This document shows positions 1 through 8,882 of a stretch of 64,000 nt of DNA, one piece after another. A program made the position numbers and the translations under genes. Location of the stretch: positions 1 to 64,000 of IMG/VR virus record IMGVR_UViG_3300025131_009739. One strand, given 5' to 3'. The stretch's first letter is position 1. Each line of letters begins with the position of its first letter. Source of the stretch: a virus. A model generated the notes under the pieces. The model was not told where the DNA came from, searched no databases, and saw only the letters and a list, made by a program, of their open reading frames with translations.

Positions 1-292
1 TTAAGCAGACCACTGTTGTCTTTGGTTTTTGCCCCTCCTCATAAGCCTTCTTGATCCATTTTTTAATGTCTCTCCCGTATGGAGGATTCATAAATACTGT
101 TTCACCTTCCCAGCTTTTACTAAGCCCGTCATCCTCTTCAGTATAATATTTTTCACACTTCGCAGTTTTGTGGGTAGCGCATGGATCAAGAGTAAACCTA
201 TGGTCAAGATTCAAATAGTCATATAATCCTTGAGGAGTTTCCCATTCTTCAGATTTAGAAGAAAACATAACTTCTTGTGTGCTCTTATTCAT
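1..292 (-). CDS. Phage Dam-like DNA N6-adenine methyltransferase (3' end runs off the window)
   Basis: Not in the ORF track. Manual translation from ATG 292: MNKSTQEVMFSSKSEEWETPQGLY...FTLDPCA...DDGLSKSWEGETVFMNPPYGRDIKKWIKKA; WxTP, LDPCA and NPPY motifs; ATGA overlap with the dut stop. Confidence 0.9.
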   Translation of the reverse strand, partial: MNKSTQEVMFSSKSEEWETPQGLYDYLNLDHRFTLDPCATHKTAKCEKYYTEEDDGLSKSWEGETVFMNPPYGRDIKKWIKKAYEEGQKPKTTVVCL

Positions 293-768
293 ACTAGCCC
301 CGTGCTTCCAAAGCCCCCATCGGAACGACTAGTGTTTAGTTCTGATGGATCACGATTAATTTCGTCAAGCTCACAGATTACAACTGGGACCAAAACAGCC
401 TGTGCAATTTTTTGGCCAGGTTTAATAATTTTTGTTGAACCTCCAATGTTATGAAGGTTAACAAAAACCTCGCCAGTATATCCTGGATCAACGACACATG
501 CACCAACAAGTAATTTTTGTTTATGAGCGATACCAGACTTATTCTTGATCTCTAACATATGATTTTCCGGAACAATAGCCTTAAGGCCAGTTGGCACCAA
601 ACAAGATGCTCCAGGTGGAATTTTATATTCCCCTTCAGGTTTCCAATAGCAATCAGGATCTTGATTTGGATTCGGACAATAAAATAGGTCCATTCCCGCA
701 TCGGTGGAATGCGCTCTCATCGGTAATTTTGCATTTTTTCTAACCTTATAAAATTTAAGTTTCATCAT
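289..768 (-). CDS. dut: Trimeric dUTPase
   Basis: AGMDL, KSG, VVDPGYTGEV and C-terminal RSDGGFGSTG motifs. Confidence 0.95.
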   Translation of the reverse strand: MMKLKFYKVRKNAKLPMRAHSTDAGMDLFYCPNPNQDPDCYWKPEGEYKIPPGASCLVPTGLKAIVPENHMLEIKNKSGIAHKQKLLVGACVVDPGYTGEVFVNLHNIGGSTKIIKPGQKIAQAVLVPVVICELDEINRDPSELNTSRSDGGFGSTGLV

Positions 769-782
769 AACTCCTTTATACC

Positions 783-811
783 ATTATACTTTTATACTTT
801 TTGTTTGTCAA
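783..811 (-). promoter_or_regulatory. sigma70-type promoter upstream of dut
   Basis: TTGACA (811-806), 17 bp spacer, TATAAT (788-783). Confidence 0.85.
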
Positions 812-1853
812 GTTTCTTTTGTTTTCTTTTTTCACTTTCTTTTTTACGCCTTTTATATTCAACATATTTTTCAGTTTTGCGATATTCTCTCTGCCATTCG
901 GCTGCAGCCTTGCGACGTTCAGGTGTATCTTTTTCTCGCCTGCTAGCATTGTTGCGTGCTTTATATTCCTCATACCATTCGGGATCTTCTTGTTTTTTTC
1001 TTTGAAATCGAGCTGTGGCCTTCGCACTTTCTTCTTTGCGCCACTCAGGATCTTGACTTTTTTTCCGGTACCGTTCGCGCCGGTTTCGAGCGACTTTTTC
1101 GCACCACTCAGGGTTATTCCGTCTTCTTTCCCGGGCAGCGGCCCTACTGTACGCATTTTGTCTTTCTCGATATTCTGGATCTTCCTGTCTTCTTTGGCGT
1201 TCCCGCTGCGCTTGGCGCGCGTTCTGTTCAGCCCGAATCTTAGGGTCTTTCCTCCTCTCTCGTTGTCTTGCGCGATCTTTCTTGAGGCTTTCTTCACCAA
1301 AAGCGGTGCACTGGTTTAACAAAAGAGGATCTTCAGATAGTTTCTGAAGCATTTTTTGTTCTGCCAGTTTCATCTCTTTGGGACTCTCAAACTCCTTGAT
1401 AACAATCCACTCCAAATCTTCTCTGCTCAGGGAGTGTTTTTCACAATGTCTACACAAAGTTGTCTTCTGACTACCATAATATCTAAAATGCTCTTTAGAA
1501 CGTTCCTCCATGCCTTGCGTTGTCGAACCAACATAGTAATGACCAGTAGAGCACTGTGCTTTGTACAAATGATTTGCCTTTTTGCTTTCACGCCACAATT
1601 TATTTTTTTCACGGAGATATTCTCTATTATTTTCACGATATCTTTTAGCATACTCTTTCAAAACATCTTTGTTTTTTTCATGATACAGTCTAGACTTCTG
1701 AGAAAGCATTTCCTTGTTTTCCTTGTGGTATTTCTTCATATAGGAAAGTCTACAAGTTTTACATTGAGAACAAAGACCGTCTCTCGTACTGTGCTTTTTG
1801 TGAAACTCGGTTGTTTCTTTTTCTGTTTTGCATTCACTGCATATTTTTTTCAT
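792..1853 (-). CDS. Free-standing GIY-YIG-type endonuclease with N-terminal Cys4 zinc finger and charged helical C-terminal repeats
   Basis: CSECK...CSQCKTC; HLYKAQCSTGHYYVGSTTQGMEERSKEH matches the GIY-YIG/R core; start 1853 chosen from ATGA overlap with the dnaE stop and GGAGGT RBS. Confidence 0.7.
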   Translation of the reverse strand: MKKICSECKTEKETTEFHKKHSTRDGLCSQCKTCRLSYMKKYHKENKEMLSQKSRLYHEKNKDVLKEYAKRYRENNREYLREKNKLWRESKKANHLYKAQCSTGHYYVGSTTQGMEERSKEHFRYYGSQKTTLCRHCEKHSLSREDLEWIVIKEFESPKEMKLAEQKMLQKLSEDPLLLNQCTAFGEESLKKDRARQRERRKDPKIRAEQNARQAQRERQRRQEDPEYRERQNAYSRAAARERRRNNPEWCEKVARNRRERYRKKSQDPEWRKEESAKATARFQRKKQEDPEWYEEYKARNNASRREKDTPERRKAAAEWQREYRKTEKYVEYKRRKKESEKRKQKKLDKQKV

Positions 1854-4800
1854 CCCAGCAACCTCCAATTATGTCTTATAGATCTCGAAGAAAATCCCCA
1901 CTGCTCATTGTAATCAATTTTGCACATATAAGGACGATTAATATGAATTATATCTTTTTCTCGAACTCCCCAACATCTGATAGAAGTTTGATTGCTCGTT
2001 GAATCAATCACATTAACAATCCAATACTCTTTACCGTTTTTTGTTTTTCTTCTTATAATTTCTCTCGGAATAAACCAAACAACCTGAAGTTCAGGGTCAT
2101 ATTCAGCGATAGGAGGAACAAAATATTCTTCAAGTTTGCTTTTTACACGCTCAGTCAACACAAGATCAATTGGAAAAACACCAGTCAAGTTAGCTTTGTT
2201 GGCAATTTTTTCTTCGACTGTAAAGTCTCCCTCTGGCCTATAAAGTTCAATGTTGTCATGTAGTTGTTTTTCCTTTTTTGGACGATCAACAACAGCAGCC
2301 GACCAAAAATGTTTCACTCCAGAAAACCTGTCATCAATCAATCCTTCTGCCGCGCCGCTCCGAACAAGAACGTCCAAAGCTTTCTTATTTAACTTACTGT
2401 AAATGATATCTTCATTAAACAACAGTTCTTCGATAGTGTTAAACGGACGATTCTGTACAATCTGTTCAATAGCTTTGTCTCCTAGACCTTTAACAGAAGT
2501 CAATGGTTGAATGAGAGTCTTACCATCTTCAGTAATTTCCCAAACTGTCCCTGAAGAATTTATATTGAGTGGCTGAATCTTAAACCCCATCGACTTAGCA
2601 ATGTTAATTGCTTTTTCTTTTCTGCTTTCAGGCTCCTTATCAAGGAAAGCGGCAGTCCACTCTACAGGATAATAATTAAGTAGCCATGCACACTGGAAAC
2701 TAAGAATACTATAGCTTACTGCGTGAGACTTATTGAAGCCATAGCCAGAAAAGTATTCAAATGTCTGCCAAAGTTGATCAGCCTGCGACATTGATAACTT
2801 CTTTTCTATACAGCCTTCAACGAATTTATTATAAATCTTCTCTTTCTTTTTTGATTCATCTCCAGCCCCTTTCTTTGTCAAATATTTTCGCAGAGCGTTG
2901 CCTTCGTCAAGGGAAATGTTTTTGCCAAGTTTGTGAGCCAGCAAAGCAATCTGTTCTTGGAAGATAAGGAACCCATGGGTCTCTTTTGTTACATCCTTTA
3001 TAAGCTTGTGAATGTAATTGACACTTCCAGGATCTCGCTTTGCGTCGACATAAGATTTGTCAACATCTGCGCCTAGGGGCCCGGGGCGGTATATTGAAGT
3101 GATGGCAGAAATATCAATCAGATTTTTCGGCTTCGCCCTCTTACAAAACTCCTGTGCTCCTTTTTCTGTGAATTGAAATATACCAGTCCACTTACCTTTC
3201 TGGAAAACATTTCTGTAAATATTTTGATCATTAAAATCAATAACATCGGGATGAAGTTTCTCGTTATAGAATTTCTTTACATTTTCAAATGTTGGATCCT
3301 CAACGCCGTGGTGCCTCTTGAGAATGTGTCGGATTGAGCCTTCAATCATTCTCAACGAAGCCAGCCCAAGAATATCAAACTTAATAAAGCCAAGAGGTTC
3401 AAGATGTCTTACGTTTTGCCCCTCAGACCAAGGAGTTTGCCTCACGCCGCCGCTATTAACAAGCGGCATCCACTTGTCTAGGCTCTCGCCTATAACGACG
3501 CCTCCTGCGTGCCTAGAGACGCTCCTAACCTGTCCTAGAAGGGCTTCAATATGAGTTTTGATGTTAGGGTACTTATTAAGGAACTTCTTCAAAGTCTCTG
3601 AGTATTCCATAACTTCTTCGAATGTTGGCGTATATACTCCTGATTTAATACCATGAACTTTTTTGGCAATTGGAGTTGCTTCAAAGATCATTTTCCCCGT
3701 CACATTATTAACTTCAATAAAAGGAACATCATAAAACTTCGATACGTCTTTGATTAAAGAACGAAGTTGTAGAGTGTTATAGTTTGAAATAGGAGCAACT
3801 GTGTCGGATCCCCATTCCTCAATCAACATCTCTTTCAACTCCATCGGATCACTTACATCATAATCAATATCAGGATAATCTGTTGCGTCTTTACGTAGGA
3901 ACCTTGAAAACAGAAGTCCATGTTTAATTGGATCAACCTGTGTGATATTAAGGACATAGGCGACGAGAGAACCTGCGGCAGAGCCTCTTCCTGGGCCTGT
4001 CAGTTGGACGGAAGACGCTTTGTCAGCAATCGCCTTCATTGTCAGAAAATACTTGGCAAATCCACGATCACGAATAACAAAAAGTTCTTCTTTAAGTCTA
4101 TCAACATATCCTTCTTTTTCATTAAGATCTTTTTCTTTTAGACCATCGAGACAATCTTGTGTCAGAGCCTGAATATCTGTTTTACCCGCAGGGACAACAA
4201 AACTTGGAAGTCTAACTTCATTATCTGGCATAAAGTCTTCGATCAGATCGTGAGCAATATATTCTGTTCTTTTGATTGAGTCCAACACAAGGTCATCATC
4301 GTAATCAAAACCAACCAACTTAGAATAGTTATGATATGCTTCCCACATCTGTTCGCCATTTTTTGGATACAATTCATATCCGACCTCTTCAACCCCGGAG
4401 GGAAGTTCAGCAGACATGTATTCTGGTAGGCCGCCTTTGCCTAGCCATCCAATCCTTTTATATAGTTCCCTGTCCTTCCAAGCGTCAGGGTTGGGATAAT
4501 GACTATCAGCGGTAGAAATAAGCTTTACATCATACTCCTTGCAAACCTGAACAATATACTGATTAAGCTCGTGCTGTTCGGGAATATTGTTCCATTGAAG
4601 TTCGCCATACCAGCGATCTCCGAATATGTTTTTCATGCGCTCTGTCGTTTGGCGCATGGCATTTAAAACAGCATCACCACTAATGTCCCTATAGTCCCAA
4701 TAATCACCAGCATAAACGCCACCAAGACAAGCACTAGAGGCAATAATTCCGTCGCCATATAGATCAAGAAGCTTATAATCAATTCTAGGGTAACGATAAA

Positions 4801-5257
4801 AGTTTTCATCTTTATAGCTCTCCGAAACTAATTTAAATATATTATTCAGCCCAACTTGATTTTGTGCAATCAAAATCAAGTGATCTCTTTTCTTCAGAAT
4901 GTCTACAACTTTTTGCTTTGAAGCTTTTTCATCTTCTATAGATAGTTCAATTTCGTTCTTGATCCCTTTTTTCTTTTCTTGTTTTGCTTTTTCGTATTCC
5001 TCACGCCACTGATCTAAGGAAGGGTTGAAGTAAGCTTCAACACCAAAGATTGGCTTAAATTTCTTGCCATCAGCCTGCATTTTGCGCGCGTGAAGAACTT
5101 GATAAGGCAATCCATTCATGTGGCCATGATCGGTCAATGCAAGGGCATTTCCGTCGTTCTCATAGGCAAATTCCATGTGGTCTTGTGGATATCCTAGACC
5201 GTCATTTAAGCTCAATCCGCTATGTGCGTGCAATCCAACAAATGGAATTTTAGTCAT
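1850..5257 (-). CDS. dnaE: DNA polymerase III alpha subunit (family C)
   Basis: PHP domain (LHAHS, LTDHG, TADSHY), GPGRGSAAGSLV, PDIDYD, RHAGGVVI, KFDILGL, YGFNKSHA. Confidence 0.97.
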   Translation of the reverse strand: MTKIPFVGLHAHSGLSLNDGLGYPQDHMEFAYENDGNALALTDHGHMNGLPYQVLHARKMQADGKKFKPIFGVEAYFNPSLDQWREEYEKAKQEKKKGIKNEIELSIEDEKASKQKVVDILKKRDHLILIAQNQVGLNNIFKLVSESYKDENFYRYPRIDYKLLDLYGDGIIASSACLGGVYAGDYWDYRDISGDAVLNAMRQTTERMKNIFGDRWYGELQWNNIPEQHELNQYIVQVCKEYDVKLISTADSHYPNPDAWKDRELYKRIGWLGKGGLPEYMSAELPSGVEEVGYELYPKNGEQMWEAYHNYSKLVGFDYDDDLVLDSIKRTEYIAHDLIEDFMPDNEVRLPSFVVPAGKTDIQALTQDCLDGLKEKDLNEKEGYVDRLKEELFVIRDRGFAKYFLTMKAIADKASSVQLTGPGRGSAAGSLVAYVLNITQVDPIKHGLLFSRFLRKDATDYPDIDYDVSDPMELKEMLIEEWGSDTVAPISNYNTLQLRSLIKDVSKFYDVPFIEVNNVTGKMIFEATPIAKKVHGIKSGVYTPTFEEVMEYSETLKKFLNKYPNIKTHIEALLGQVRSVSRHAGGVVIGESLDKWMPLVNSGGVRQTPWSEGQNVRHLEPLGFIKFDILGLASLRMIEGSIRHILKRHHGVEDPTFENVKKFYNEKLHPDVIDFNDQNIYRNVFQKGKWTGIFQFTEKGAQEFCKRAKPKNLIDISAITSIYRPGPLGADVDKSYVDAKRDPGSVNYIHKLIKDVTKETHGFLIFQEQIALLAHKLGKNISLDEGNALRKYLTKKGAGDESKKKEKIYNKFVEGCIEKKLSMSQADQLWQTFEYFSGYGFNKSHAVSYSILSFQCAWLLNYYPVEWTAAFLDKEPESRKEKAINIAKSMGFKIQPLNINSSGTVWEITEDGKTLIQPLTSVKGLGDKAIEQIVQNRPFNTIEELLFNEDIIYSKLNKKALDVLVRSGAAEGLIDDRFSGVKHFWSAAVVDRPKKEKQLHDNIELYRPEGDFTVEEKIANKANLTGVFPIDLVLTERVKSKLEEYFVPPIAEYDPELQVVWFIPREIIRRKTKNGKEYWIVNVIDSTSNQTSIRCWGVREKDIIHINRPYMCKIDYNEQWGFSSRSIRHNWRLLG

Positions 5258-5270
5258 TAATATGTGTCTC

Positions 5271-5540
5271 CTATTCCATATTCATGAGGTTTGAAGGATC
5301 GTTATGTATTACGGTCTCCACATCATATTTAGTTTCAATCCAACATCTTGCACCACAAGATAATGGTTTATGCGGACTGTATACAATTTTTGCAACTTCG
5401 TTGCCATTTTCATCACGAATTATAGCTTCGTGAGCATACCTGTTTTCTTTATACGTCTTGACAGTTAAACATGGCTTACTCTCACCAGTTTTTGTGTTCT
5501 TGCGAATAATATGTTGATTGACGTGAACAATAGTTTTCAT
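5271..5540 (-). CDS. Hypothetical protein
   Basis: MKTIVHVNQHIIRKN...KPLSCGARCWIET; start at 5540 follows an AGAGGT RBS and its own promoter. Confidence 0.75.
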   Translation of the reverse strand: MKTIVHVNQHIIRKNTKTGESKPCLTVKTYKENRYAHEAIIRDENGNEVAKIVYSPHKPLSCGARCWIETKYDVETVIHNDPSNLMNME

Positions 5541-5558
5541 TTTTTTACCTCTGCAGAT

Positions 5559-5587
5559 AATATAACACAACTATCTCTTCGTGTCAA
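5559..5587 (-). promoter_or_regulatory. sigma70-type promoter for the hypothetical-dnaE unit
   Basis: TTGACA (5587-5582), 17 bp, TATATT (5564-5559). Confidence 0.8.
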
Positions 5588-5598
5588 GCATTTTATTT

Positions 5599-5682
5599 TT
5601 ATATGAATAACAAAAAAGAAGCGCTGGCAATAATGCCAAGCGCCCCTATCAGTATTGAGACAAGCTCTATTTTTTCAATCAT
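5599..5682 (-). CDS. Small single-TM peptide (27 aa)
   Basis: MIEKIELVSILIGALGIIASASFLLFI; ATG lies 1 nt after the stop of the upstream gene and fills the gap to the promoter. Confidence 0.45.
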   Translation of the reverse strand: MIEKIELVSILIGALGIIASASFLLFI

Positions 5683-5683
5683 T

Positions 5684-6031
5684 TTATTTCTTCTTTTTCT
5701 TCTCAGGAAGTCCCTTGTGTTTAGTTTTAGCAAAGTCTTTAACATCAGACTCTCCCATTTCTGCAGCAGTTTTAGATACTTTATCAGAAGGACAGTCGCC
5801 CTCTTCTTGACATCCGCGAACCATGCCAAAAAATCTTTGTTGAGATTTAGATACGGACTTCTCGCTGATAGGCTCTTCGTCTTCCTCTTCTTCAAGATAA
5901 ACTTCCCTCTTCTTTGAAAATTCATCTTTTGCTGGTTCGCCTTCGCCAAATCCTCTTTCACTTAAGGCCTTTTCAAGCTTTTCAAGCTCTTCTTTGATGA
6001 TTTGTTTTAATTTTGACTTGGTTAGTTTCAT
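5684..6031 (-). CDS. Small protein with IIKEEL N-terminal tag and DUF3008-like basic C-terminus; candidate internal head protein
   Basis: MKLTKSKLKQIIKEEL...SKSQQRFFGMV...DVKDFAKTKHKGLPEKK; start at 6031 sits just below a late-type motif. Confidence 0.75.
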   Translation of the reverse strand: MKLTKSKLKQIIKEELEKLEKALSERGFGEGEPAKDEFSKKREVYLEEEEDEEPISEKSVSKSQQRFFGMVRGCQEEGDCPSDKVSKTAAEMGESDVKDFAKTKHKGLPEKKKKK

Positions 6032-6036
6032 ACTAT

Positions 6037-6044
6037 TAATTAGT
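6037..6044 (-). promoter_or_regulatory. Putative late promoter motif ACTAATTA
   Basis: 5 nt upstream of ATG 6031. Confidence 0.5.
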
Positions 6045-6063
6045 CCTGTTAATTCAAAAAAGC

Positions 6064-6960
6064 TTATAAATTGTCCTCGCCAATTGGGTTCCATTCGTGG
6101 TAGTCAAACAACGCTTTTGATGGTCTTTTCATGCCTTTTCTCATCTCCGAGCCCATATATTCACAATAATCTTCCCAATTGTCAATTTTGAAGTACCAAT
6201 CAACTTCCACGTCTAAAGCGCCTTCGAAAGATAAAGAGCTGAACACCTGTTCAATAGGAAAGTGTCTGGCCGACCACCTTTCCTCAATTGGAAGCATCTT
6301 TTCTGTCAAGCCTTTGCCTGGCACATATCTGCCAGTTCCTTCTTTTCTAAGTTCTCGTCTGCAGTTTTTAAAGTCTTCCGCATCAAATGTGAAACCTAAA
6401 TATTCGCCATTTTTGACTGTTGTGCTCAAAAATGATAAAATAAACTGCCTTTCACTTGATATTTGCTTTCTGTATGTTCTCAATATTTCTGGAGGATATA
6501 CGCCATACGGAAATGCTGTATAATATCTATTTGGAACAACATAAGTACTTATCTTTTTACTGATGCTGTATGCAACCAACGCTCCATATAATACACTCCA
6601 TCCCAAGCAATCTCTTTTATCGCGATCTTTTGAGTGTATTGGAACATAATAAATTGGGATTTGTTTTCTCGTCTCTGATGGGCGCGGATCCATGTTTCTT
6701 CCTAGCCAAATTGGATCTTCTATTACCTCGCCTATTCTGTGTCGAATAAGAGGTTGCATATCATCATGACAAACAATCCAAATTGTTTCACATCCAGCCC
6801 AGGCGCACTCAACGACTGCTCTCTCGACAGCGAGGTAATTGGGGGCAATGGGTGTGCAGGAATCATGCCAAGGAAAATTAAAATCTAGTGGCTGTCCTGC
6901 AACCGGTACGATTCCAGCTAAATGAAAAGTATGCTGTATGTTTGTTCCACTTTCAAGCAC
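6064..6960 (-). CDS. Divergent sugar-phosphate nucleotidyltransferase-like protein
   Basis: HLAGIVPVAG...P...LAVERAVVECAWAGCETIWIV resembles the NTP_transferase N-terminus, but the GxGTR loop is not intact. Confidence 0.6.
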   Translation of the reverse strand: MLESGTNIQHTFHLAGIVPVAGQPLDFNFPWHDSCTPIAPNYLAVERAVVECAWAGCETIWIVCHDDMQPLIRHRIGEVIEDPIWLGRNMDPRPSETRKQIPIYYVPIHSKDRDKRDCLGWSVLYGALVAYSISKKISTYVVPNRYYTAFPYGVYPPEILRTYRKQISSERQFILSFLSTTVKNGEYLGFTFDAEDFKNCRRELRKEGTGRYVPGKGLTEKMLPIEERWSARHFPIEQVFSSLSFEGALDVEVDWYFKIDNWEDYCEYMGSEMRKGMKRPSKALFDYHEWNPIGEDNL

Positions 6961-7858
6961 TTAACACTTCACTCACTCTTTTTAAATATCCTTCATGCCC
7001 ATCGGACTGAAAATAAATTTCTCTTTCCCTTCTATAGTCGAAAATAATTGATTCTTTATTTTCAAATACTGGTTTTTCATTTTTTTGGATTTCTCTGTGG
7101 GATGTCTCAATTTTTACTGAGTGGTAATTATATTGCTCTGGATTACTAGGCTTTCTTCCGTTTCTCGCTCCTCTTATACCAGCTTTTTTCATTAAATCTA
7201 AAACTTTAAATTTGACATATGTATCTGAGTATTCAAAATCTTCCAATTGTTCTTTTGTCATGTAAGACACTGTCACAAGATCTTTTCTCTGTTTGTCACC
7301 AGTTCTGGGAGAAGGATAAAAATAGATATCTTTTACAAAATTCTTCTCAGTTCCAAAATAGTCATATTCATGTTTCATGCCAGAACGTACATCTATCCAG
7401 TCAATAACTTTAAAATTATCAACTTCTTTCGGGTTTTCCAAGCCGTTGATATTTTTGCTATCAAATATTCTCAATTTATCAAACTTGAATCTTAGAACTC
7501 TTGAATTATCAGTTGTAATTTTAAAAAGATTGTTGTCTTCAATCCTCATTGAGTAAACTTTATCTGATGCCGGGATAAGGCCAGCGAGCGATAAACAAAA
7601 AACTAACTTTTCCCAAACTTCAAGTTTTGAGGTCCCAACAATCTTAGAACCAGTTGGTGTTGTCAGTTCATATTCTACGGCATCAACCAAATACTTGTCC
7701 AGTTTGGCGGTGGCGTCGAAAAAATCAAAAAAGTAAGGCTTGCCTACATCGTTCAGTATGATATTTTTTTGATTTAAAAATGCATAGCTTACTGCTTCTA
7801 AACTATTTCCAACAACCAACTCATCGACTTCGTATATATGATGATTTAGATCACTCAC
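6953..7858 (-). CDS. Hypothetical protein with degenerate Rossmann-like N-terminus
   Basis: EVDELVVGNSLEAVSYA resembles a decayed DxxVxGxGxxG motif; overlaps both neighbours. Confidence 0.7.
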   Translation of the reverse strand: MSDLNHHIYEVDELVVGNSLEAVSYAFLNQKNIILNDVGKPYFFDFFDATAKLDKYLVDAVEYELTTPTGSKIVGTSKLEVWEKLVFCLSLAGLIPASDKVYSMRIEDNNLFKITTDNSRVLRFKFDKLRIFDSKNINGLENPKEVDNFKVIDWIDVRSGMKHEYDYFGTEKNFVKDIYFYPSPRTGDKQRKDLVTVSYMTKEQLEDFEYSDTYVKFKVLDLMKKAGIRGARNGRKPSNPEQYNYHSVKIETSHREIQKNEKPVFENKESIIFDYRREREIYFQSDGHEGYLKRVSEVLSA

Positions 7859-8342
7859 GGTGCATACAACCAGGTATCATCTCCAGTTCAATTCTTCGAT
7901 ACGTTTTTAAAATTAATTTAGCGTACCGTACACCCTGCTGGTTGTTGCTCTTGTTTTTGCCGCGACATCGATAGCCAGAATTATAACCACATAAGCCAAT
8001 GCTTATATCTCCTCGACCATATTTATAAATCCAATGATGAAGTATTTGTGCGCCTTTTCTAATCGCCATTTCAGGATTTTTTTTAAGCTGACGACAGCTT
8101 ACGTATCCAAATTTTCTCGACCATTTTGGGATCACTTGAGTTAAGCCACAGGCTCCTGATTTGCTTTCTGCTTTTGGACTCCATCTGCTCTCAACATAAA
8201 TTAAAGCAGTTAATATAGCTGGATCGATATCATATTTCTCGGAATACTTTACAACTGTGTCCATGTGTTTGCATGCATACTCTGCATTTGGCATACCAAT
8301 TGACAACACGGCAGCACAGATTAATTCGGCATAAGTCATCAT
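7851..8342 (-). CDS. Lytic transglycosylase (SLT family) with hydrophobic N-terminus
   Basis: ALIYVESRW, SGACGLTQVIP and GYNSG motifs; start 8342 by ATGA overlap with groES. Confidence 0.88.
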   Translation of the reverse strand: MMTYAELICAAVLSIGMPNAEYACKHMDTVVKYSEKYDIDPAILTALIYVESRWSPKAESKSGACGLTQVIPKWSRKFGYVSCRQLKKNPEMAIRKGAQILHHWIYKYGRGDISIGLCGYNSGYRCRGKNKSNNQQGVRYAKLILKTYRRIELEMIPGCMHRE

Positions 8343-8611
8343 CCGTCGTGTACCACCCCACACACATGATTTTCTAAAACAATAGAAAATTCTTCTTCTC
8401 CTACCCTAATATCTTGAATCAGGTGACTGGGAGCAATAATTTTCTCGCCCTTTCTGGCCGCTACGGAACAGTCCGGACTTGCAGACAGTACACGCAAAAG
8501 TGAATATTCTTCAACTTTTTTATATCCCTCTGGCAATAAAACATTTGATTTTTCTTCCTCGTTTTCAAGCTTTTCCACCAACAGGTGCCTATTTCTTGGT
8601 TCAAATTTCAT
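8339..8611 (-). CDS. groES: GroES/Cpn10-like co-chaperonin
   Basis: MKFEPRNRHLLVEK...SNVLLPE...GEKII...FSIVLENHVCGVV; 90 aa, Cpn10 pattern. Confidence 0.75.
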   Translation of the reverse strand: MKFEPRNRHLLVEKLENEEEKSNVLLPEGYKKVEEYSLLRVLSASPDCSVAARKGEKIIAPSHLIQDIRVGEEEFSIVLENHVCGVVHDG

Positions 8612-8835
8612 GCTACTTCTCCTAAAAGGTTTTTATATGTCTCGTATTCTTCCTGTGTGAAAAAATGCCAATATCTCCTCTCGCACCTTTTGCAAAAAAA
8701 TTCCGCTCCAACAGATCCGTCAACAGACTTACGCAATTGGCCGCCGGAAAGCCACGCGTGCTTCCTCAGTCTAGTTCTGGAACCGTCACAAAGTTCGTTT
8801 GCCTCTTTTTCTGGTAATAAATAATTAAGTTTCAT
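8608..8835 (-). CDS. Small Cys/His protein, possible zinc ribbon
   Basis: C...H...CKRC; strong AGGAGG RBS and own promoter. Confidence 0.7.
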   Translation of the reverse strand: MKLNYLLPEKEANELCDGSRTRLRKHAWLSGGQLRKSVDGSVGAEFFCKRCERRYWHFFTQEEYETYKNLLGEVA

Positions 8836-8853
8836 TTTTTATCCTCCTTTTTG

Positions 8854-8882
8854 ATTATAGAATTTTTTGAAACAAATGTCAA
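8854..8882 (-). promoter_or_regulatory. sigma70-type promoter overlapping the nrdJ stop codon
   Basis: TTGACA (8882-8877), 17 bp, TATAAT (8859-8854). Confidence 0.88.

Noticed and set aside
776-1319. Overlapping 174-aa (minus) and 172-aa (plus) ORFs
   Set aside because: Alternative frames of the low-complexity endonuclease tail
5599-5961. 120-aa minus ORF
   Set aside because: Mostly overlaps the better-supported 5684..6031 gene out of frame; only the last 27 codons are kept as a possible peptide
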